63,607 bases of DNA, filler included, from Octopus bimaculoides (GCF_001194135.2; 7 parts of 5 records of this genome joined end to end with filler, not necessarily neighbours in it); one strand, 5' to 3'. Positions 49,927 to 62,575 are shown, numbered from the whole stretch's first letter. Program-made: numbers and translations. Notes: generated by a model from the letters alone, not told the origin.

Positions 49927-50198
49927 CTGGTAATGAGAAAGTAGCAGCTGCAATGATGGATGAAAACCTGGACTCAATTCACTGACAATTCACCATTGTG
50001 CTACAACCAATGATTGATAAATAATTGTTTCTTTGATTTTTCGTAAAGACAACATAAACACATTACATTATGTTGTCTTTACGAAAAATCAAAGAAACAA
50101 TTATTTATCAATCATTGGTTGTAGCACAATGGTGAATTGTCAGTGAATTGAGTCCAGGTTTTCATCCATCATTGCAGCTGCTACTTTCTCATTACCAG
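49927..50198. repeat. Perfect 131-bp inverted repeat with 10-nt spacer
   Basis: 49927-50057 is the exact reverse complement of 50068-50198; it starts at the gap edge. Confidence 0.92.
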
Positions 50199-50510
50199 AC
50201 TTTTTTAGGAAAAGCATGAACCATATCTCTTTCCATTTCATCTTATCTTTCAGTCTGCCTCTATTTATTTATAAATGTATGTCAATCAGGAATTCTCCTT
50301 TCATTTAACTTACTAGAAATTCCAATTGAATCTCTTTCAACTGGCTTTCTACTATGATAAAGTGGCAGGATGGTCACACTTTTGCTCATTGGTCTGTTCA
50401 ATCAGAGTCTAAACAACGACACATGTATATAAATCTGGGTTTTTATTTTTATTTAAATTCTTTTAAAATTTTTGTTAGCATATTTCTGTTGAAATTCATT
50501 GCATTTGTTA

Positions 50511-50940
50511 AAATTAATGAAGAATATAATAAAATAACTTTGTCATCATTTAGCTGGTGTTTGGAACATAAATTAACATGAAATTTTAATGGAAGATTTT
50601 AATTTAGATTACTTTAAATCATGAAGATTGTATTATAGAACTAGGGGCTGTCTCAAATGGCTTAGTATCAAAAGTGTGAAGACAAACATGATGAAAAGAT
50701 CTGGAAGCTGAATCATATGACTAGAGTATTTCTGTTGAAATATACTGCCTTTGTTTCAATTAATTTTGACAACAGTGAAAAATTTAGTAAAATACTTTCA
50801 TCATTATTAAGCTGGAGTTAAAAATGTAAATTAACATAAAATTTTGATGGAAGTTTTTAATTTTGAATACTTTTAATGATGAAGATTGTTTCATAGAACG
50901 AGGGATGGTCTCAGTTGAGTCAGTATAAAAGGAGTTTACA
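50511..50940. repeat. Diverged direct repeat, period ~258 bp
   Basis: aagctgg(t/a)gtt...taaattaacat(g/a)aaatttt(a/g)atggaag occurs twice. Confidence 0.6.
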
Positions 50941-51294
50941 GGCATTGAAATATGACATTAAGCATTTGTCTGACTTGAAACTGTTACTTTTGACCAGTTT
51001 TAATTTCCATAGATAGATAAACATTAATATCATCAATTCATCTCTCTCCTATAGACATGAGGATTTATAAAAATTAGTAGACTGTGAGACAAATTAACTT
51101 GTAGTATTTATTCTCCTCCTCTGCATTCTGTGACTTTTGATCTGAGGTTCTTTTTAAAAAGATTTTTGTGTAGTTACAAGACCTTTGTTATGATCATCTC
51201 ACCTATATTTCAATGTTTACAAAACTACATTATCTAATGTACTTTACCTGTTTTTACAATAAGGATAGCATAGTTTGAAATTAATTTATTGTTT

Positions 51295-51425
51295 TGTTTC
51301 TTATTTCTTTACTGCCCACAAGGGGCTACACACAGAGGGGACAAACAAGAAAAAACAAACATATTAAGACGATTATATCGACCCCAGTGCGTAACTGGTA
51401 CTTATTTAATTGACCCCAAAAGGAT
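51295..51425 (-). mobile_element. SINE family B 3' part, tail type i
   Basis: ttatttctttactgcccacaaggggctacacacagagggg... matches 11109-11250. Confidence 0.85.
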
Positions 51426-51549
51426 ACACCATCATTAGCATGATCTGTTCAGAGTTTGTAAAATAAGTACCAGCAATATTCTGAGGTTGATTCAATTAAC
51501 CATATCCTTCTCATATTTATGCAGCTTTTAGTTAAAGTAAAAAACACAT

Positions 51550-51830
51550 CTTTTAGTCATACAACATGGAGTAACATCAAATATTTTACATCTTGTTTCC
51601 CTGTTAAAGCAGAAGTTATCCTTGCAAGCCCCTTCACAATCCTCTCCATTTTTCCCTGACACTTACGCCTTCTTCTCTCACAACCCTCATTTCTTCCTAC
51701 ATCACCTTTAACTGTCTTTCTCTGTCTTCTCCCTCTACATTGTTCCACATTAATTTCCATTACTCCTTCCATCTGACCTCTTTCCTTCTTTTCAGCATGT
51801 GACCTACCCATCTCACCCCTTTTCTCTGAA
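51550..51830 (-). mobile_element. Decayed LINE (RTE-like) C-terminal fragment
   Basis: rc reads ...VEQCRGRRQRKTVKGDVG, resembling the RGRPRKTW..V..D end of RTE ORFs. Confidence 0.45.
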
Positions 51831-52552
51831 CAATATCCGTCTCTAGTTTAATTCCTGTCATCTTCTGTTTATTGTTTACCTTCATCTCTCTTAAAACAAT
51901 ACTCACCTATTCATTTCCCATTAATATCATCATCATTATCATCGGCATAACAATTCATTAGAAACACAGAGTTAATTAAATGTTTAGCATTAAGTATATT
52001 TGCACTCATATTGAGTTCAAATCTGCCAGAGTTGATATTGTTTTTTAATCTTCTGGTGTCAGTGATATAAATACCAGTGAAATAATGGAGTAGATTTAAT
52101 CAGCTATATTGTCACCTTTACTTTCTTATTACCTGCATTTTGTGTCTTTTTCCCAAACGTATGAAATATGATGAGTACAGCACTGACAACATGCATAACT
52201 ATTTTATGTTCCTTTATGTTATCACAAGTTGAGATCCCACAAGATTTCCCTCCCTCTCTCTCTCTTTGGGAGAGAGGCACAAGCACATACACAGACATAT
52301 ACACACACGGCAGTAACTTCCGCCTACCAAACTCAATCACAAAGCTTCGGTCGGCTTGACTTTATTTTTTCTCCTTGAAGTTGATCAAAGAAAGATCCAG
52401 TCAGTGTTTCTCTCTACTACAGATCTGTGCCCCTTTGCTAACATAAGAAAATAATATTATTATTGGAGTCATTTCAATAAACTATATTTATCCACTCCAC
52501 TTTTGACAGAATATTGACCTTTTTAGACTTATTACCTATATTTTATTTATCA

Positions 52553-52860
52553 TCATCATTATCATTTAATGTCTGCTTTCCATGCTGGCATGGATGACTG
52601 ACAACTGGTAAGTTGTCAGTCACAACTGGTAAGTTGTCAGTCACAACTGGTAAGTTGTCAGTCACCAACTGTAAGTTACCAGTTGACTGACAACTGGTAA
52701 GTTGGGGAGCTCACCAGGTTCCAATCTGATTTGGCATAGTTTCTATGGCTGAATGCCCTTCCTAATGCCAACCACTCCAAGATTGTAGTGGGTGATTTTA
52801 CATGCCATCAATGTGACACTGGCATTGGCCACAACTCCGGCATCAGCCATGACTCCAGCA
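52553..52860 (-). mobile_element. RTE 3' UTR copy containing a fold-back/tandem rearrangement
   Basis: Same family as 45570-45835, with an inserted 21-bp repeat at 52595-52702. Confidence 0.75.
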
Positions 52861-53153
52861 TCCCACATTTTTTCAGACAGTAAAATACTGGGTCAGTCTT
52901 ACGAGGGTTTGAATTTAAAAACTAGTAACCTTGCACCAAAATAACAAAACAACTAACATCTAGTGTTCTGGTGTTTTATTGTTTCAACTTCACCATATTT
53001 TGTAAACATCAGCCCATGCCAGCATGAGAGATGGAGACTAATTGATGATGATGATGATAATGATCAACAAAATATTTTATGTTTTTTCTTGTCTGTGTGT
53101 GTTTTGTTTTATTTTATGCTCTTTATAATTTTCACTTCAATTATGTCTTTCAG

Positions 53154-53336
53154 AACATTCTCTGGAGAAATTTTCACCAAAGACATCCTGTGATATTCCT
53201 GTGATTCGTAAGGCTGATCTAGAGAATCATAACAAAGATGATGGTCTGTGGATTGTTCACAACAAGAAAGTTTATGATTTACTTGGCTACAAAGCGCAGA
53301 TACTACCAGAGAAAGATGTACTTGTTGATATCTCAG
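53154..53336 (+). CDS. HERC2: HERC2 E3 ubiquitin ligase, internal exon (start of cytochrome-b5-like domain)
   Basis: Acceptor tatgtctttcag, donor tcag|gtattt; phase 1-1. Translation EHSLEKFSPKTSCDIPVIRKADLENHNKDDGLWIVHNKKVYDLLGYKAQILPEKDVLVDIS matches HERC2 IRKADLENHNKDGGFWTVIDGKVYD (recalled). Confidence 0.9.
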
Positions 53337-53754
53337 GTATTTTCTTTGAAATTAAATTTCCTCATCATTAAATACCAATTGTGAGAATTGTAACTTTCAC
53401 ATAAAAGAAATACACAAAGCAATCTCTCTAGTGTTGGTGCAATGATAAAATGCATCCTATACACTCTGTAAAATGGTTGGCGATAGGGAATGGTTGAAGA
53501 TATTAGCAACGACACCTGTTGCTTGGGACACCACGTCATTGTTTGGGGATTTTTTTTCAAATATTAATGGAAAATTGTGAAAATAATATAATAAAATAAA
53601 ACCAATAAATAAATGTTCCTTTATATTTGTTAGCACTACATGAAATCAACAATGCCATTCAGACTTCCCTCTTCCACCTCTTTATTTTTGAGTTTAAATT
53701 CTGCCAAGGTTCTCTTTGGCTTTCATATTTTAGGGTTAATAAAATAAGTACTGT

Positions 53755-54062
53755 TGCCAGTACTATCTGACTGGCCTTCGTGCCGGTGGCACGTAAAAGC
53801 ACCCACTACACTCTCTGAGTGGTTGGCGTTAGGAAGGGCATCCAGCTGTAGAAACTCTGCCAAATCAGATTGGAGTCTGGTGTTGCCATCTGGTTTCACC
53901 AGTCCTCAGTCAAATCGTCCAACCCATGCTAGCATGGAAAGCNNNNNNNNNNACTCTGCCAAATCAGATTGGAGTCTGGTGTTGCCATCTGGTTTCACCA
54001 GTCCTCAGTCAAATCGTCCAACCCATGCTAGCATGGAAAGCGGACGTTAAACGATGATGATG
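53755..54062 (+). mobile_element. RTE 3' UTR copy (partly duplicated across a 10-N gap)
   Basis: cgtgccggtggcacgtaaaagcacc...ggacgttaaacgatgatgatg. Confidence 0.85.
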
Positions 54063-54068
54063 ATGATG

Positions 54069-54109
<41 letters not shown>

Positions 54110-54149
54110 TACTATTACTATTACTATTATTATTATTATTATTGCTGCT

Positions 54150-54329
54150 GCTGCTGCTGGCAGAATTCTTAGCATGCTGGTCAAAATGCTTAACAGTATT
54201 TCATCAGCCTTGACGTTCTGAGTTTGAATTCCGCTGAGGTCAACTTTGCCTTTCATCCTTTCAGGGTTGATAAATTAAGTACTGTGCCTGTAGTAGAAAG
54301 GATTATTATTATTACTTCTACTATTATTA

Positions 54330-54379
<50 letters not shown>

Positions 54380-54610
54380 ATAGGTAATGAGCTGCCAGAA
54401 TTGTTAGCACGCTGGGCGAAATGCTTAACGGTATTTCGTCTGTCTTTACATTCTGAGTTCAAATTCCACCGAGGTTGACTTTGCCTTTCATCCTTCTGGG
54501 ATCAATAGAATAAGTACCAGCTGAGTACTAGGGTTGATGTAATTGACTACCTCCTTCCCACAAATTTCAGCCCTTGTGCCTATATTAGAAAGGATTATTA
54601 TTATTATTAA
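54150..54610 (+). mobile_element. Two family B SINEs separated by (ATT)n
   Basis: Cores at ~54235 and ~54470. Confidence 0.8.
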
Positions 54611-54904
54611 TTGTTATTGTTTTTCAGGATGGTTCTTATAATCGCTTTTCTACTTTGATACTGGGCTACAACTAGTAGCCTTAGGTATCAAGCAGCCCTA
54701 TCCTTGTCTTTTTGCATTCCTTTTAGTCAACCTAATAAGCTAGTGCCCTTCATATTAGTATTATGAGTAGCCTTCAACTTTTTCCTATCCAGGAATTTTA
54801 TACCCAATATTCTGCATACTATTGTTTGTAGCTTTATTACTTTGAGTTCAAATGATTTATTGCATATCTCTCATAGTACGACCCCCCCCCCCAATATGTT
54901 GTCA

Positions 54905-55440
54905 TTATCATCATCATTGTTGTCATTATCATTGTTTAATGTATGTTTTCCATGCTGGCATGGGTTGGACGGTTTGACTGAGGTCTGGAGAGCCAGCAGC
55001 TGCACTAGGCTCCAATTTGATCTGGCAATGTTTCTACAGCTGGATGCCCTCCTTAATGCCAACCACTCTGAGAGTGTAGTGGGTGCTTTTCACGTGCCAC
55101 CGGCACAGGAGCCTGTTAGGGGACACTGGCATCACCCACGTTCAGATGATGCATTTTGTGTGCCACCAGAATGGGAGCCAGTCAGGGGGTATTGGCCACA
55201 GCTACAATTTTGGTTTTACTTGACTCAACAGGTCTTCTCAAGCATATCATATCGCCTGACGCATCAGGGGTACTCTTAAATGGGCTGGACATGGAACACT
55301 GGCATCAGCCATGGCTGCGATCTCACTTTAGTTGCTGGGTCTTCTCAATCACAGCATATCTCCAAAAGTCTCGGTCTCCTGTCATTGTCTCTGTGAGGCC
55401 CAATGTTTGAAGGTCATGCTTCACCACCTGATCCCATGTC
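54905..55440 (-). mobile_element. RTE LINE 3' end
   Basis: Same family as 36650-37065. Confidence 0.78.
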
Positions 55441-55519
55441 TTTGATATGTTTCTAATCAATTATCATCAACATCATCATCATTATTATATCATTGTCAAT
55501 GTTTTTTCTTTCTTTTCAG

Positions 55520-55608
55520 TGCGTGATCCTGCATCTGTATTCTTATCAGGTATTCAAGCAGATGTCACTGATAAGTTGCAGCCTTTTCTAGTGGGAAATT
55601 ATGTTGAT
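55520..55608 (+). CDS. HERC2: HERC2 internal exon (end of cytochrome-b5-like domain)
   Basis: Acceptor tttcttttcag, donor gat|gttagt; phase 1-0. VRDPASVFLSGIQADVTDKLQPFLVGNYVD aligns with HERC2 GEDPVVALEAALQFEDTRESMHAFCVGQYLE (recalled). Confidence 0.85.
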
Positions 55609-56600
55609 GTTAGTAATTTAAAACTTTTTTACATTTTATTTGTTTCTGTTCCTTTGTGTCTCAAGGAAAAAAAAATTGTAAATTCAACTCTGCTTTAGCA
55701 ATTGCTCTCATCATCATCATCACCACTACCACCACCACCACCACCACCACCACAGCCACCACCACCATCATCATCATCATCATCAATAATGTCGTTATCT
55801 TTAATTTCGACATCAATAAAGGTGATAGTTGCTTCATTTGCTAGAAATAACAACCAGATCACATCTTACCATCTCTAAAATGTCGTTGATAATGTAGCCC
55901 TTAATAAAATGTTTAAGACAAAAGAGATGGAATGGTCATGAGTGAAATGCCATCTGCAATCATTGATCTGCTGGATCAGGGCTTATCCTATATGTTAAAC
56001 AATTCTCCCATTTCCATCCCAATATCTGTGTACTTTGATCCAACCTTGAAATTGACATTCCTCAAATAGCATCATATCTCATTCTTCTCGTTTATTCAAC
56101 TGTAACTATTTTCTGTTTTCAAAGCTACATGCTATATTTCAGTTAAGTCTATGTCATCTTCAAACCATCCAACTTAACTATGTGGTTATAGCCATCCTCC
56201 CAGGTGTGTCCTTTCACATCTTTCACACAACTAAATAGGCACTTTCTTTCTAAGTGGTTTATAGTTCTTCACAAATATTTAGTCTTACAATCTCTGGCTT
56301 TATTATACTTTAAAAATTAGACTCAGCTTGCCCTTTGGGACCAGAAAATTTTGACCTTGCATCCCTTCTCTTATAATGATGAAAAGAAAATCTGTTGATT
56401 CAGCAGATATCATTGTCTCTTTATATTGATAGGTAGGGTGTGTGTTAGTATAAATACACACATATGCATTTATGTATGTTATTGTTTGTGAAGGACAGGA
56501 TATCAGTAGATTGCACTTGTTAGTGAATTTGGCTCCCCATTGGACAGGGAGCAGTCTTCAATTAAGACAAAAGAAAAGAAAAGAAAGCAACTATTGAACT

Positions 56601-56824
56601 TTAGCCCTTTAGCATTTAAACTAGCCATATCTGACCAAAATTTTCTACCTGTTTTATGTTCAAACTGACCGGATCTGGCCTCTCACACCTATCTAATAAT
56701 GTCGTAAAAATCACATTCACATCATTGAACTCACAAAGCTATGAGATAATACATAATTAATTCAAATCAATGTGAATAAGTAAGCATTACATTTGATTGA
56801 ATAATCTCAATGCTAAAGAGTTAA
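56601..56824. mobile_element. piggyBac-like MITE
   Basis: Ends ttagccctttagcatt / aatgctaaagagttaa: TTAA-type site plus inverted termini. Confidence 0.65.
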
Positions 56825-57059
56825 ATAAATTGAACTTTATTAAAATTCATTATAAATTAATTTTTAGAAAAAAATATAGTGGTTGATAGAATTTTAATCA
56901 ATTTTTCCTTTAGATTTAATAGATTCCTCCAAAATCTTGTTCTTCCACTTCTGGGTTGGAAAATATTTGTTTGTGTGGTTTGTATTTTGACGTTTGAGAA
57001 TTCACTTGTCATGTAGACTAGATTTGGAAACAGTGTAGAATAGATAACTTGATATTAGC

Positions 57060-57520
57060 ATAATCCATGATTCAGTTGGACAACTTGCCTGGACCGTTGC
57101 AGCTCTTCCATGCCAGATATCTCGCTCAAGTGATGCGGTATGAACATCTGGCTTGGGTTTCAGCTACATTGATATTTCACTAGCTGAAATATCTCATCTG
57201 TGCACTCCACAACTGTAGATGATAAATGTTTGCCAACTGAATTGGTCGATCTTGGTCATTGACAGTTTGTTGTATCTAGTGATATTCACCATTGATTCAA
57301 TAAGATTTATTTGCTGAAATGGTTCTTATCCACCATACTGCATACCATGAGTGGTTACATGCTATTTAACCTATGGCTGCAACCCTGACAGGTGATACCA
57401 CTCCAGGACAAAGTAGACCTGGGCATAGTAATAGTTAAGAGATAGTTTCACACTCCTCAGAACCCTGGAACTCCTGAACCAGAGGCCTAACTGCTGGATA
57501 CAGTTTAAATTCATACCAAA
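57060..57520 (-). mobile_element. Decayed RTE-like 5' region
   Basis: tgacaggtgataccactccaggacaaagtagacc...gaaccctggaactcctgaacc is homologous to 2290-2420. Confidence 0.45.
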
Positions 57521-57767
57521 ACATGACATGATATTATAGTCAAATAATTATTTATAAAGATTTTTTTGGTTTTATTCATGATTTCTTTTTATCTAGTAAT
57601 TATTTTTAATTAGCGGGTGTTAAACGATGATGATGATGAATGATCTCTTTTATATAATTATTTATAATAATCACAATATTCAGATATTCTCATGTTGTGT
57701 ATTTTGACTGATTCTTTTTTTATATAACTTATATATTTTACATTTTAAAAATTATTCTTATGAACAG

Positions 57768-58032
57768 CCTGAAGAAGATATTATTCAGACAGCAGATACA
57801 AGTACAGCTTCATCACCTCTCATAGACACTGAAAGAACACTAGGTCTTTTGCTTGGACTTCATGCTGGATACCAAGCCCACAGCACTAATCTTTCAGCTG
57901 AGGAAGAAGAATTTTCTCATTGGCTTCAATCCGAATTCTTTGCAGGAGGATTACAAATTTTGCAGCCACAAAATCCATTTGAAGAAGAGAAAGGAGAGAG
58001 CAAAACTTCAAGTTCATGTACAACTACACCTG
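57768..58032 (+). CDS. HERC2: HERC2 internal exon
   Basis: Acceptor tatgaacag, donor cctg|gttagt; phase 0-1. PEEDIIQTADTSTASSPLIDTERTLGLLLGLHAGYQAHSTNLSAEEEEFSHWLQSEFFAGGLQ matches HERC2 SSPLIDTERNLGLLLGLHASY...WLQSSIFSGGLQ (recalled). Confidence 0.93.
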
Positions 58033-59008
58033 GTTAGTTTGTTTCTCTGTCTTTCTGTCTCTCTCTGTATTTCTATCTGTCTTTCTGTCTGTCTCTCTCC
58101 ATACATAATATACACTAGTAGAAAGACTGCCCTCTGGGCAGTTTTCTGCTAGCTCCTTGATAATATTTTCACATTTGGTTCCCAATTCTAATAATTTTTA
58201 TATTTCATGTCTATTTCTTTGTATAATAATGACCACTTGCTTAGTAAATTGCTTTCATTATAATCTCTCTTTTTTAAACAAACATCACAGTAGTCCAACA
58301 ACAAGTTTTACCTTCCCCTCAAAGCAATATAGAGATTTCAATTCAGCAGCCCATCTGTAGGCTTTGCAGTGTGTGTGTGAGAGGGGGGGGGGACATTGCA
58401 AACAGTGAATGAAATAAACATGAAATGAAAAACAATTGTATAAATAAAAGGGCATTACTATAGATGTATATGCCCCAGATTTTGTTGCCTCATAACATAA
58501 CATCCAGAAAAATGGATACTTTTTAACAAAATTTTCTCACAAATACCACTTAGATGTTGTAGCTTCAGAATTTTTCTGATGGAGTGGAGAGAAGAGTTTT
58601 GGAAAATTCACATGCTCTGACTTTTTCTTTGGGTATCTTTTAATGAAAATTTATACAAATCCCTTTCAAATGGCATACATAACAGTTATAAAGTAATTTA
58701 TGGGAAAAATTTTTTCAGGAATTTTCCCCATTTTTTTTAAACCACAGCCTTCAAAATAATGGGGTTGAGAGGGTGGGGCAGCCTTGTATGAAAAAGTTTT
58801 GAAGACTTTTTTTACACCCCCTCCCTCATCATCCCACTCTGGACCTATTTTGGCCAATGCTTTTTGCACTTCAAAACCATGGACACACATTCTCTTCAGC
58901 GTTAAATCTTCATTTGTGTCAAAATATTTTTGTTGTTTAGAAACCGTGACCTGTTCACTGAGAAAACTTCACAAAAGTGATGTGGCACAAAGTTTTGTCA
59001 GTGAACAG

Positions 59009-59040
<32 letters not shown>

Positions 59041-59739
59041 CATTCATTGCCTTCCATTTGTGTGTATGTGTATCTATGTGTGTGTGTGTCACTGTTGAAG
59101 TCGCTCGTCCAACATGTTTGTGTATATATTGGCTTAGTAGTACACTGTTTGGAAACTATGAATAAGGAAAAAAAAGTTACTCAACTTTCTAGGCTCTTCT
59201 CACAGTTATCCAACATTCGAAAATTATACAGGTATTCCAAAAAATCTTCATTCAATAAGTAATGTTTTTACATTACATATATATTAATAAAATAAACTGT
59301 CGGTTTTCCAAATAGTGAATTAAAACTTAAAAGAGAAAGTGAGAGACTTAGCAAATGAAAATAGAATACTCCGCAGTGAATGCAATGAATATTTAAATTT
59401 GGGAGAAATTGGAGTTAAAAAATTCAATAAACTTGAGAAATCAAAATTATAGGAAATTTCTGAGAACATGAATTTATAAAAATATTTCCAGACGGCCAAT
59501 CCTTTAATAATCGCTTTCTTTTAGTACTTTTAGTAATTGTTACATACCTAATTAATAAGCAGCTTTCTACATCATAGTATAGAGGATATATATATATATA
59601 TATATATATATANNNNNNNNNNNNNNNNNNNNNNNNNNNNNNNNNNNNNNNNNNNNTTAATTAATTAANNNNNNNNNNNNNNNNNNNNNNNNNNNNNNNN
59701 NNNNNNNNNNNNTAGATAACTGCTGCTGATAAATCAACA

Positions 59740-60100
59740 CAACACGCTCGTTACTGCTGCTGCTGCTGCTGCTCTTCCTTATGTTGTAGTTGTTGTTGTT
59801 GTTATTGCTATCAGTATTCTATTAATATTAGTAGTAGTGTGGCCGCCGCTCCTGCTGCTGTTATTAATACTTCTGGCGGTTGTGGAGGTAGAGGGAGTGA
59901 CGGGTGGTGTTGTTGTTATTGGTGGTGGTGGTGGTGGTGGTGATGGTTAACGTTGCTATATTGTCTTTGTTGATCTTGTTATTGTTGTTGCTGCTGCGGT
60001 TGTTAACCGTTAGGCACGTAATACATACAGTCCCTCTGTGGTCCCTCCGGATTGGTTGTCTCACACCCACACACAGAATCCGCTGCCCCCATTATCTCCT

Positions 60101-60131
<31 letters not shown>

Positions 60132-60220
60132 TGCATACATACATACATACATACATATACACACACATATATGTATGTATATATGTGTGTGGTATATATA
60201 TACATACAAAGGGAGGTATG

Positions 60221-60259
<39 letters not shown>

Positions 60260-60642
60260 ATATGTATATAATATACATATTATGTATGTGTACACCCACA
60301 GAGATACCCATATAAACATACATACACGCATATGTGTGTGCGTGAACATGTTATCTTTATCTTTTTCTTTTCACCTTTCCTGGGAAATGTTCCATTTTTT
60401 TGTATATGTTTCCTCAGCATCAAACCCCCCCCCACCCGTCATCTCTAGTCATATTTTTACCATTTATACTTTTGTTTTTAAGTTTTGTTTTGTTATCATC
60501 CCTGTATCTATATCTGTACAGCACGACACCACAGTGCTCTCACCCACACGCCACCCGAACTCACACCTCAACACTACACTAACCTGCTTTCCTATCTTCG
60601 TGTTTAGGTTTTCTTTTTTATTTCTTTATCCAGTTACTTATT

Positions 60643-60704
<62 letters not shown>

Positions 60705-61193
60705 AATGGAGAGGAAGACAGAGGTGAGGTGAGGTTCCATCCTTACATCAAACCCCATCAACTCAGCACCCTGATTACATCCATCTTGCTCCCAACCCCA
60801 CTATCACCTCCACCGTCGACCCTTCTGTATATCTTCACCTCCCACCGGTCTTCAAGCCTGTCACCTGTATGCCATACTTCACCAACATCATTATCATGNN
60901 NNNNNNNNNNNNNNNNNNNNNNNNNNNNNNNNNNNNNNNNNNNNNNNNNNNNNNNNNNNNNNNNNNNNNNNNNNNNNNNNNNNNNNNNNNNNNNNNNNNN
61001 NNNNNNNNNNNNNNNNNNNNNNNNNNNNNNNNNNNNNNNNNNNNNNNNNNNNNNNNNNNNNNNNNNNNNNNNNNNNNNNNNNNNNNNNNNNNNNNNNNNN
61101 NNNNNNNNNNNNNNNNNNNNNNNNNNNNNNNNNNNNNNNNNNNNNNNNNNNNNNNNNNNNNNNTCATGACGACGATGACGATAAGGTCGAGGA

Positions 61194-61227
<34 letters not shown>

Positions 61228-61750
61228 GGTGGTGGTGGTGGTGGTGATAATGACGACAACGATGATGATGATAGTCATTATTATCGCTTTCAATATAACC
61301 CTCCACCTCATCATCATCATCATCATCATCATCGTCATCATCATCATTATCATTATCGTCATTATCATCATCATTACCATGATGATAATTTTTAACGTTT
61401 GACATACATTTGTAGGAAAGAGAGACAAGACCGATTAAATTCACACACACACACACTCACACACACACACACATAAACGCACACGCAAACGCACATGAAC
61501 ACCATGAACATGATCGTCATCATAATCACTACACCACCAGCACCAACACTACCGCACCACTACCATCAGCTCCATCCGTTCCAACATCTTCATCACCACC
61601 GCTACCACTACCACCGTCATCGCCATCATCCTCATCGCCATCATCCTCATCGCCATCATCCTCATCGCCATCATCCTCATCATCATCATTTCTAATGTTT
61701 GATATGCATTTGTCGGAAGGAGGGACAAAGACGATAAATTCACTCACACA
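59740..61750. repeat. Low-complexity field of (GCT/GTT/GGT), (CT), (AT), (GT) and (CAT/GAT) repeats
   Basis: Direct reading; includes the 15-bp unit catcgccatcatcct x4 at ~61617-61680. Confidence 0.9.
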
Positions 61751-62419
61751 NNNNNNNNNNNNNNNNNNNNNNNNNNNNNNNNNNNNNNNNNNNNTTAATT
61801 AATTAANNNNNNNNNNNNNNNNNNNNNNNNNNNNNNNNNNNNNNNNNNNNAACGTGGGCAAAATGAGAAACAGAACATAAACAGAGCACAGAAAACACAT
61901 AGGCCACATAGAGAATATTTCCTTCGTCAGCTGCCACCATTCTAAAACTAAACGTTTCGAAAAGTTAGGGCAGGATGCATTGTTAGAATGGCTCTTCCCA
62001 CGGAAACAAGTTAAATTTGTAATGCGGAGGAATATTTTCTGTATCTTTAAACATGTTTATAATTAGATAAAAGTAGATTTGGCATACTTTGTGATTATAA
62101 CAATCCCCCCAGCATTTTTGCCGGCATGGAATAATTCGACAATTACACTTCCACAGTTTAATTTGCTAACATTCATAGTTTGTTCAATCTGAAATACAAA
62201 ATAGTACAAGTGATTATTCAAGCTGGTAATATTTAAAATTCAGGATCCAGCAAAATCTATATAATTAGAAATATACCCATTTGAAATTTGTCCCAATTTA
62301 CCTGTTGCATCTTGTATACATGTCCAACCCATGTCAGCATGTGAAAAAAAGATGTTAAATCATCAAATGATGAGAAATATATATATATATATATATGATA
62401 GATGGATGACCACTACATT

Positions 62420-62575
62420 TTTTTTTCTCCTTGTTTCTTTCTGTGTTCCTTTCAGTTGAAGAGCGTAGTCTTGAACCGTCAAAGACTTTCTCTATTCCCG
62501 AGCATTAAACTAATACATCCATTCTTTGTTTACACCACCTGTCTTCGTCTGTTGTTTTTTTCGTAAATTCTCCCA
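62420..62575 (+). mobile_element. Penelope pLTR-like fragment
   Basis: ttgaagagcgtagtcttgaaccgtcaaagactttctctattcccgagcattaaactaata... is homologous to the reverse complement of 5990-6100. Confidence 0.65.

Noticed and set aside
53884-54037. Tandem duplication of ~90 bp around a 10-N gap
   Set aside because: Typical unmerged contig overlap; treated as an assembly artefact.
54628-54684. AG/GT-bounded segment between HERC2 exons
   Set aside because: Stop codon in the required frame; HERC2 exons 53336>55520 already join in frame.
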